The translations under genes and the position numbers were made by a program. From Candidatus Omnitrophota bacterium (GTDB lineage: Bacteria; Omnitrophota; Omnitrophia; Omnitrophales; Aquincolibacteriaceae): a stretch of DNA of 64,000 bases. The DNA lies in the NCBI GenBank assembly GCA_903856085.1, contig CAIOAT010000013.1, forward strand, positions 103,430 through 167,429, read 5' to 3'. Below, piece after piece: positions 49,724 through 57,254 of the stretch (its first letter is position 1; every line of letters begins with the position of its first letter). The notes under the pieces were generated by a model. It had not been told where the DNA came from. It was given only the letters and a program-made list of their open reading frames with translations, and ran no database searches.

Positions 49724-51816
49724 AGTGAGAGCGCCCTTTGACAATGTTCAAACACTTCTTCCACAGAAATATGGGTAAGGCAGGCCTTCGTTTCCTTAGC
49801 TTTGCAAACGCCATCGTAACAAGGCTGGCAAGGCAAATGATGCGAGAGCACATCGATCTTTTTCCCGGGCGGGACATGCCGCTTGGCGTCCGTGGGGCCA
49901 AACAAGGCCACGATCGGGACATTCATGGCCGCGGCCATATGAAGCGGCGCCGTGTCCCCTGTCACGACCAGATGAAGCTGTTTGAAAAAAGCCGGCAATT
50001 CCTCCAACGCGGTTTTGCCGATGAGATCGAGGATCTTGCCGGACCCGAAGGAATAGAACGGTCGCCCGAGATCCGCTTCGTCAGAAGACCCGATCAGGAC
50101 GATCCGCGCATCATATTTCTCAAGGAGCCGTTTCGCAAGAGAGACAAAATGTTCCTGAGGCCAACGTTTGCTCGGCCAATTTGGGCTGGATCCCATCACA
50201 AACCCAATGATCCGGGTCGATTCCTTGGGCTCGAGCGTGCCGATCATCTGATTTGCTTTTTCAAGGCTTTCGGATTTTGGCCAGAGTTCCAGCGTGTCAT
50301 CGAATTTAATAACCCCGGCCTTGGACAGCACGCGAAACTGATGGCGAAGAGGCGAATCCCCGACCTCGAAGGTCCTGTCAGGCCGGTTCAGCAAGAATCC
50401 CCATCTTCCGCGTGCAAACCCGAAACGCTGGACCGCCCCACCGAGATAGGCCAGAAGATGTGTCCACTTATTGTTGTGAAGATCGATAGATATATCAAAA
50501 CCTTCGCGGCGAACGCGACGAGCGGTCTTCAAAAGATAAAAAAGATTCGAAAGCTTCTTCCGGTCCACCAGGATCATGTCATCCAGGTAAGGACATGCCG
50601 ACACGATCGGCGCGAGTTTGCGATCCACAAGGAGAGTGATCGAGGCGTCGGGAAAACGTTCCTTGAGCATTCGCAGACTCGGTACGACCAGGATGAGATC
50701 CCCCATCGCCCCGAGCTTGATCACAAGGATTTTCCGGCGTTTACGAACCTCCTGATAGACCTCAAGCGTCTTCCGGACCATTTGCTCCAGGTTGAATTTC
50801 TCCTCCACTTTTTTTCGCAGTTTCACCGCAAACGCCTTGGCCTTATCCCGGTCCGTCAGAAGCTCGTACATCGCCTCAGCCATCGCAGGAATATTCCTCG
50901 GTGGAAAAAGCAAGCCGTTCTCATTATTGTCGATGATGTCTGGCACGCCGCCCAGCCAGGTCGCAGTCACAGGAGTCCCCACAGCACCCGCTTCAATGAT
51001 CACACGACCGAAAGGTTCGGGAATAAGCGAAGACAGCACCAAAAGATCAGACTCGGCCAAAAGTCCCGCCACATCCCGCGTCGGCGGAAGGATCTTGACG
51101 CAACTCTCGAGCCCGAATTGGTGCACGGTTTTTTTCATCAGATCCGTGTAACGGTGTTTGCCGCGCCCCTCGGAACCGACGATCCATACTTCAAAATGGG
51201 AAAGCCGGCTGCGCAACAAATGAATGGCTTTGAGAAATTCCACCTGCCCCTTGGCCGGAGAAAAACGTCCGATATGGATGATCCTCATCGGCCCTGAATG
51301 CTTTTCGAATTTCGCGAACGAGAAAGTAAATTGCGAAAGATCAACGCCGCGCGGAATCAATCGGATGCGATCCGGTGGAACATTGAATTCGTCGATCATT
51401 CTCCGGCCGATCGCGTGAGACGCTACGATCACGCGCTTGCCCCACCCCATCACAAAACTCATCAGATGAACAGAGTAATGTCCGTGACAGGTCGTAATAA
51501 AGGGTATGCCGGTTTTACGGGCCGCAAGCCACCCGAGCCAGGCCGGAACGCGGCTGCGCGCATGAACGATGTCCACGCGCTCCCGCTGGATGATCTTCAC
51601 AAGTTCTTCGACCAGAAATAAACCCGCCAGAGATTTCTGATGCACGGGCAGTCCGTAATGCGGGATTCCGATCTTCTGAAGTTCGGCCACAAGCGACCCG
51701 CCGGATGAGACGACCACCGTCGCGTGCCCTTCCTTTTTCATGGCTCGCGCCAGATCCACCACCCCACGCTCGGTCCCGCCAAGCTCAAGAGCCGGCAAAA
51801 GCTGCATCACCTTCAT
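49720..51816 (-). CDS. Fusion protein: N-terminal GT4 (family-1-fold) glycosyltransferase plus C-terminal GT9 heptosyltransferase-like domain.
   Basis: N-terminal half has the GT4 E-x7-E region (EPFGRVIIEAGAVGTPV). C-terminal half has the GT9 pattern (ILVIKLGAMGDLILVVPSLRMLKERFPDA). 698 aa. Confidence 0.7.
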   Translation of the reverse strand: MKVMQLLPALELGGTERGVVDLARAMKKEGHATVVVSSGGSLVAELQKIGIPHYGLPVHQKSLAGLFLVEELVKIIQRERVDIVHARSRVPAWLGWLAARKTGIPFITTCHGHYSVHLMSFVMGWGKRVIVASHAIGRRMIDEFNVPPDRIRLIPRGVDLSQFTFSFAKFEKHSGPMRIIHIGRFSPAKGQVEFLKAIHLLRSRLSHFEVWIVGSEGRGKHRYTDLMKKTVHQFGLESCVKILPPTRDVAGLLAESDLLVLSSLIPEPFGRVIIEAGAVGTPVTATWLGGVPDIIDNNENGLLFPPRNIPAMAEAMYELLTDRDKAKAFAVKLRKKVEEKFNLEQMVRKTLEVYQEVRKRRKILVIKLGAMGDLILVVPSLRMLKERFPDASITLLVDRKLAPIVSACPYLDDMILVDRKKLSNLFYLLKTARRVRREGFDISIDLHNNKWTHLLAYLGGAVQRFGFARGRWGFLLNRPDRTFEVGDSPLRHQFRVLSKAGVIKFDDTLELWPKSESLEKANQMIGTLEPKESTRIIGFVMGSSPNWPSKRWPQEHFVSLAKRLLEKYDARIVLIGSSDEADLGRPFYSFGSGKILDLIGKTALEELPAFFKQLHLVVTGDTAPLHMAAAMNVPIVALFGPTDAKRHVPPGKKIDVLSHHLPCQPCYDGVCKAKETKACLTHISVEEVFEHCQRALSL

Positions 51817-53762
51817 ATCATGGCTCCCAACCGCTCAGTCAGAGCGTCTTTTTCACGTTGAAGGACTGGCGTTGCCGGTTTCTTAAGAAGTTCAGTCATA
51901 TTTTTTTCCAGATCCGCCAGACCGCTCAAAGTCACAAGTCCGCGTTGAGCAAGGATCTGATGAAAACGGTAATGTTTTTCAGGAAGTTCGCCTTCCCCAA
52001 GGCTCAGAACGATCACACGCTTGCCCGTTCCCACGGCTTCGGAGATCATGGCGAGACTATCCTCCGTCACGATCAGGAGGTCTGCAAGTCCCATCATCCC
52101 CCCGGCTGCGTAAGGCGGATTCTCTTCATTCGCGATCACAAGCAACCGACAGCCAGCCTGCCCGGCAAGATTACTCTTCAAGAAACACTCCACAGGTGCA
52201 GAGGTTCGCCGCGATGTAGTGATCATGAAATCTCCGGCCCGCGAAGCAGCGCGTTTCAAAGTCGAGCAGAGTTTTTCCATGTCTGAGACCATCAGATCAT
52301 AATCACGCGTCGCGCCACCGAGAAACACGGCGATCTTCGGCTTCGTCCCTTCGCCTAGCTTCTCCTGAAGTTGCTGGACGTCCGGACCGCGCTCGTGGGC
52401 CTTGTAACCACTCGGCATGATCACCGAACGCAACGTCCGCTTGGGCACTTGACCGCCGTCATGAGCCGGGACGATCGCAAGATCATAATCTGTCATGCAA
52501 TAAGGAAAAGGCGGATTCATAATGACGATCTTTTTGGCGCCGGTCTCTTGCGCAAGCAGCATCTGCAACGGCGCGAGCCCGGAACCGGCCGCGATAATGA
52601 AATCCGCGTTCGCCTGCTCAATGGCTTTTTGTGTTTCCGGGGTAAAAAAAGGCGCGAGCCAATGAAGCCTCCCCTGGATCCAGGGTTTCATTAGAAATGC
52701 CAGGCAAAACAAGACCGTCCGGTGGAAAGGCGAACGGTATTCAACATAAATCCTTTCCGTTTCAAATTTAAGACCGGCCTGACCGTGGAATTCCTTGAAA
52801 TCCGCGAGTATCTCCGCCACGACCTCCGACTGCTTGAAATGCCCAGCTTTGCCGTCCGAGAGGATCACGATTTTCCTATCCCAACAATATTTCCACCGTT
52901 TATTCTCCCAAAGCCACTGGTTCGGAAATCTCCGGATAAAATCTTCAAGCACCTTCAGATATTGCCGGACCTGAAACTCGATGCGCGCTTGCGGCTCAAG
53001 AGAGGGATCATCCTTCAGAACCTCTCCAGCGTAGACCTCGTGCTCAGGGCCTCCGGTCCTCACGATAAAGAACGGCATAATGAACGCATCCGTACGATGC
53101 GCCAACTGGAAAGCCCCGGTCGGGACCGTGGTCCTCCGACCAAAGAATGGCAGGAGAATCCCTTCGGTCTTACCGGCCGATTGATCACCGAGGACTCCGA
53201 CCATTTGTTTTTCGCGAAGTGCACGGATCAAGGAACGAATGCCCACCCCGCGGCTGATGGAAACCGAGCCGTGACTCTCGCGAAGTTCGTTGATCAATCC
53301 GTTGAGCCTCGGATACCTTTGCTCACGTGTCAACACATGGATCGGTGTACCGCGAAGTCCGGACCAAACCTGCAAAAGCTCCCAATTCCCAAAATGCGCG
53401 GTGATCAGAACCCCGCCATGTCCCGAGCGGAGAAGCTCCTCGTACCGCTCCAGGTTGTGGACCTTGATGTGGAGGTCGTGATGCTTTCGTTCCATCCGCT
53501 TAAAAGACATCACTTCCACAACGGTCTGCCCCAAAAAACCGAAATGATCGCGCACGGCTTTCCATCGCTCCCCCGGAGTCAGCTGACTCCCAAGTGCGGC
53601 CTTGAGATTGATATAGGCAACGCGTCGCTTTTTTGAAACATAGAATACCCCACGCCCCAAACAATCACCGATCTGGAGACTGAGGGCGAACGGAATACGC
53701 GCGAAAAGAAAAATAAGCGCGCGGGCTGCGAGGCAAGCCATCCGGTCGAGCAGATCTTCCAT
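51813..53762 (-). CDS. Fusion protein: LpxL/HtrB-like lipid A acyltransferase domain plus C-terminal ELM1/DUF1022-like domain.
   Basis: The N-terminal ~290 aa are LpxL-family (ITAHFGNWELL, GVLGDQS). The C-terminal ~350 aa contain KIAVFLGGATRDYDL, typical of ELM1-like proteins that recur in LPS clusters. The domain call on the second half is tentative. Confidence 0.55.
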   Translation of the reverse strand: MEDLLDRMACLAARALIFLFARIPFALSLQIGDCLGRGVFYVSKKRRVAYINLKAALGSQLTPGERWKAVRDHFGFLGQTVVEVMSFKRMERKHHDLHIKVHNLERYEELLRSGHGGVLITAHFGNWELLQVWSGLRGTPIHVLTREQRYPRLNGLINELRESHGSVSISRGVGIRSLIRALREKQMVGVLGDQSAGKTEGILLPFFGRRTTVPTGAFQLAHRTDAFIMPFFIVRTGGPEHEVYAGEVLKDDPSLEPQARIEFQVRQYLKVLEDFIRRFPNQWLWENKRWKYCWDRKIVILSDGKAGHFKQSEVVAEILADFKEFHGQAGLKFETERIYVEYRSPFHRTVLFCLAFLMKPWIQGRLHWLAPFFTPETQKAIEQANADFIIAAGSGLAPLQMLLAQETGAKKIVIMNPPFPYCMTDYDLAIVPAHDGGQVPKRTLRSVIMPSGYKAHERGPDVQQLQEKLGEGTKPKIAVFLGGATRDYDLMVSDMEKLCSTLKRAASRAGDFMITTSRRTSAPVECFLKSNLAGQAGCRLLVIANEENPPYAAGGMMGLADLLIVTEDSLAMISEAVGTGKRVIVLSLGEGELPEKHYRFHQILAQRGLVTLSGLADLEKNMTELLKKPATPVLQREKDALTERLGAMI

Positions 53763-54811
53763 TAATTTCTCACTCCCAGTAAACGAAAAAGTCGGTCCGT
53801 GAGGATCTCTTCTCCCGACACGACTCGAAGTCGCGCGGCAAGGACCAGCGGGTTCAGCGTCTCAGTGATCAACTCGCGGGAACGGTAAAAATCCTTTTCC
53901 GTCGTGATGATCTCCTCAGCACCCGCTGATTGCGCGACCTCTTTGATCTTCAGAAGCTCTTCTTTGGTGTATTCATGATGGTCCAGGAATTCGAAGTTCC
54001 GGACGGTCTTGAGTTGAAAACGTTGCAGGACGAGCTGAAAGGATCTTGGGGTCCCCACCGCCGCGAAGGTTGCGACGCGCCGACCGGTCATTTTCTCGAT
54101 CGATGTCCGGACTTTGGTCTTGGCACGATAAAGGAACAACACTTCCATCATGGTCTCGACCATTTGCGCCTGCGGCGCCAGAACCGCGATCTTCTCCTTA
54201 AGCTTCTTGAGTTCCTCGGGGCTTACAAGATTCACATGGGTAAGCACGATAATGGCCGCACGCTTCATGACGGTGAGCGGTTCACGCAAAATACCCCGCG
54301 GAATAAGCTTTCCATTGCCGAAGGGGTTTAGCGAATTGACAACCACGATATCGACATCCCGGTGGAGGGCCTGATGCTGAAGCCCGTCGTCGAGGATGGC
54401 GATATCCACATGCCGTTTCTCGGCCTTGACGCGCTGGGCGACCTTCGCGCGATCCTTGCCGACACCGATGACCGCGGTCGGAAGATGATTCTGAAGTTCC
54501 ACCGCCTCATCATGACTGTAACCACGCGTGAGAACCAATGGCACGCGCCGGTGCATACCGATCTTGCGGGCGAGATATTCTACGAAAGGTGTTTTGCCCG
54601 TGCCTCCCCAGGTGAGATTGCCAACGCTGATGACCGGATAAGGAAGACGTTTGCGTGCCAGCACCTTGTTCTCATAAAGCCAGCGGAATGTCCGGACCCC
54701 GTAGCCGTATCCCCATGCCGCGAAAGAAAGAAGCGCCAAGAGAACTCCGCTCGTCGGGTCATTTTGTTTGTCCTCCGCCAAGAGACGAAAGTAATTCTTC
54801 ATGCTGTCCAT
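53762..54811 (-). CDS. lpxK: Tetraacyldisaccharide 4'-kinase.
   Basis: VISVGNLTWGGTGKTP P-loop. 349 aa. It overlaps the waaA 3' end by ~40-50 nt. Confidence 0.8.
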   Translation of the reverse strand: MDSMKNYFRLLAEDKQNDPTSGVLLALLSFAAWGYGYGVRTFRWLYENKVLARKRLPYPVISVGNLTWGGTGKTPFVEYLARKIGMHRRVPLVLTRGYSHDEAVELQNHLPTAVIGVGKDRAKVAQRVKAEKRHVDIAILDDGLQHQALHRDVDIVVVNSLNPFGNGKLIPRGILREPLTVMKRAAIIVLTHVNLVSPEELKKLKEKIAVLAPQAQMVETMMEVLFLYRAKTKVRTSIEKMTGRRVATFAAVGTPRSFQLVLQRFQLKTVRNFEFLDHHEYTKEELLKIKEVAQSAGAEEIITTEKDFYRSRELITETLNPLVLAARLRVVSGEEILTDRLFRLLGVRN

Positions 54812-56297
54812 TTCTGTTGATCCTTTCTTGAGAATACCGGCCTCGAAGAAACGTCAGAATCCACCCGGCCTGACGCTTGCTGGCACCCCGTAAACGGTTG
54901 ACGATCTGAAAAGCCCTTTGCCCCATTTCATGACGCCTGCTCTCATTAGCGAGGAGCTCCGCCGCCGCGGACGACAGTTCGTCCGGAGCCGAGATCCTGA
55001 GAGCGCCACCGTCATGATCGAGCTGGTGGTAGATCTTGTGAAAGTTAAAAACATGCGACCCATGGAGTATTGCTTTACTAAAACGCGCGGGCTCGATCGG
55101 GTTCTGACCTCCGTGAGGGATCAGACTCCCGCCCATGAACACAAGATCCGCGATCTGGTACAGATTCTTGAGAACACCTAATTGGTCCAGGATCTGCACC
55201 GCAGGCCCTGAACCTTCTTTTTTCCTTGCCCCAACTTTCATCATGTTTTCATGACTGGTCGTTGGGGCTAGCCCAATGAACCTTTCATTATTTTGATGGA
55301 AATTTGGGCTTGTTGATAGAACCACACTAAAACCATATTTCTCCAATTGCTTTAAAAGCCCTTGCGAACGCTCAATGTGACGCGGCGCAAAGATCAGCTT
55401 GAGCGTCGGAAACCGCTCTCGCAACGCTTGAAAAGCAACCATGAGCGTTTCCTCTTCCCCCGGATGCGTGCTTCCCGCGATCCACACAAGATCGTCCGGT
55501 GCATATCCCCAGACCTGCCGCAGGCCGGCCGCATCCGCCCAAACTTTTCCCTTCTTTTCTAAAATAGTATTTTGGACGGCCCCAATCCCCGCTTCGCTTC
55601 GATTGATCGGTATTGGGACCGCCGCGCTGGCATCGGCCCATTCCGCCTGGTCAAACTTCATATTCCCCATGTCCCGAACAGATTCTTCCGCAACACCCAA
55701 TCCCCGGAAACGGCCCGCATCCTCCTCAGACTGAGCGAGCACAAAATCCAGCTTTCCCCAGAGCGGTTTAAAAAGCCACGGAAAAATCTTGTATCTTTTG
55801 AACGAACGCTCCGAAAGACGGGCATTGATCACGCCCACCGGGATATTCCGTTGTTTGGCTTCGGTCAAGAGGTTCGGCCAGATCTCGGTCTCTACGAGCA
55901 GCAAGCAGACCGGCTTAAAAAGATCGAGAAAGCGCTTCACAATCCATGTTAAATCAAACGGAAAATAGCAGACGTGGACCCGTTCCCCCGCGAATTTCTT
56001 CGCGATCCTCTGTCCGGTCGGCGTCACAGTCGTCAGCAGCAATTCATATTCCGGGGCGGAGGCAAGCCATTCCTGCATGAACTTTTCAACGGCCATCACC
56101 TCCCCCACGCTCACAGCATGTAGCCAGATAATTTTCTTGTCGGAAAATTTTCCGGCCCATTCCTTCGGAAAAATCCCTCGGCGTTCCCGCCAAAGCGCGT
56201 CCGGATCTTCAGCTTGGCGGAGTTTGATTAAAAAAATCGGAAGATAAAGAATCCCGAACACCGCGAATGCCAGATTGTATAAGAATGTTCTTATCAT
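54759..56297 (-). CDS. waaA: 3-deoxy-D-manno-octulosonic acid transferase (Kdo transferase) carrying an in-frame ~27-aa repeat-encoded insertion.
   Basis: KdtA conservation: HAVSVGE, LLLTTVTPTG, VWIAGSTHPGEE, FAPRHIER. It is 512 aa against a typical ~425. The segment AAVPIPINRSEAGIGAVQNTILEKKGK between KFD and VWIAGSTH is encoded by repeat copy G. Confidence 0.8.
   Translation of the reverse strand: MIRTFLYNLAFAVFGILYLPIFLIKLRQAEDPDALWRERRGIFPKEWAGKFSDKKIIWLHAVSVGEVMAVEKFMQEWLASAPEYELLLTTVTPTGQRIAKKFAGERVHVCYFPFDLTWIVKRFLDLFKPVCLLLVETEIWPNLLTEAKQRNIPVGVINARLSERSFKRYKIFPWLFKPLWGKLDFVLAQSEEDAGRFRGLGVAEESVRDMGNMKFDQAEWADASAAVPIPINRSEAGIGAVQNTILEKKGKVWADAAGLRQVWGYAPDDLVWIAGSTHPGEEETLMVAFQALRERFPTLKLIFAPRHIERSQGLLKQLEKYGFSVVLSTSPNFHQNNERFIGLAPTTSHENMMKVGARKKEGSGPAVQILDQLGVLKNLYQIADLVFMGGSLIPHGGQNPIEPARFSKAILHGSHVFNFHKIYHQLDHDGGALRISAPDELSSAAAELLANESRRHEMGQRAFQIVNRLRGASKRQAGWILTFLRGRYSQERINRNGQHEELLSSLGGGQTK
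55560..55625. repeat. Palindromic repeat family, copy G (long-variant core), in frame inside waaA.
   Basis: GGACGGCCCCAATCCCCGCTTCGCTTCGATTGATCGGTATTGGGACCGCCGC. Compare intergenic copy C, CCGCCCCAATCTCAGCATTGCTTCGATTGATGGGTAATGGGACG. Confidence 0.65.
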
Positions 56298-56365
56298 GGA
56301 TTACCGTCGTGTTCTTCGCGCTATGAAAAGCGTGATGCGTAAATCATGGATAGGGTCCGCATTCG

Positions 56366-57244
56366 CTAAGCTCTCGGATGTGCCGCCATGTAAGCGTCTT
56401 TAAGGCGCTGGGTCGTCACATGCGTATAGATCTGCGTCGTCGAAAGATTCGCGTGCCCCAATAGTTCCTGAACGCTCCGCAGATCCGCTCCGCGATCGAG
56501 CATATGCGTCGCGAAGGAATGGCGGAATGTGTGGGGCGAGATCTCTTTCCCAAGTCCCGTCCGTTTCACATATTTTAGGATCATGCGCCGGACACTCCGG
56601 TCCGTAAGACGGCTCCCGATCCGGCTGATAAAAAGAGGCTTTTTGATCACATTGGGGGTTTCTCGCGGCGCTTTCATATCCCAATAAGCACGCAGACTGT
56701 TCAATGCCGCCTGTCCCACAGGCACGATACGTTCTTTTTTCCCTTTGCCACGCACCCGGACCAATCCACCGAAAAAATCCAGATCGTCATGATTGAGCCC
56801 CGCAAGTTCGCTCACGCGAAGTCCGGAGCTGTAAAGCATCTCCAGGATCGCCTTGTCGCGTTTTTCCTCCCAGGAATTCTTGGCCGGTGCGTCGAGGAGT
56901 TTGGTGATCTCATCGGGATTCATGAAAGACGGAAGCCGTTTTTCTTTTTTTGGGGTTGCGATCCCGGCAGCGGGATTTTGTGTCAGGATATTCTCGCGCA
57001 CCAGATATTTGAAGAACGAACGAAGGCAGGCGAGTTTGCGAGAAATTGAGCTCTTACTGTATTCCCGAGTCTTCAGGAACGCCAGAAAGGAACGGATATC
57101 AAGATAGGTCAGGTCTCGGAATTCTTTTTCTGTGATGAATTTCACGAACTCCCGGAGATCGATCCCGTAATTTTTGGTCGTATGCACGGAGGCGCCCTTT
57201 TCGGTCGCGAGAAAATTCAGAAAATCTTCAACCCGCTGATTCAT
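56366..57244 (-). CDS. Tyrosine site-specific recombinase (XerC/XerD-type).
   Basis: C-terminal catalytic residues in HTFRHSFATHMLDRGADLRSVQELLGHANLSTTQIYTHV. The start was taken at the MNQRVEDF ATG (57244). Confidence 0.8.
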   Translation of the reverse strand: MNQRVEDFLNFLATEKGASVHTTKNYGIDLREFVKFITEKEFRDLTYLDIRSFLAFLKTREYSKSSISRKLACLRSFFKYLVRENILTQNPAAGIATPKKEKRLPSFMNPDEITKLLDAPAKNSWEEKRDKAILEMLYSSGLRVSELAGLNHDDLDFFGGLVRVRGKGKKERIVPVGQAALNSLRAYWDMKAPRETPNVIKKPLFISRIGSRLTDRSVRRMILKYVKRTGLGKEISPHTFRHSFATHMLDRGADLRSVQELLGHANLSTTQIYTHVTTQRLKDAYMAAHPRA

Positions 57245-57254
57245 GTTCTGGGGC

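Noticed and set aside
47622-53636. Plus-strand ORFs of 325 aa, 519 aa and 304 aa across the LPS cluster.
   Set aside because: All are antisense to well-supported glycosyltransferase and acyltransferase genes. They are Arg/His/Pro-rich with no motifs.
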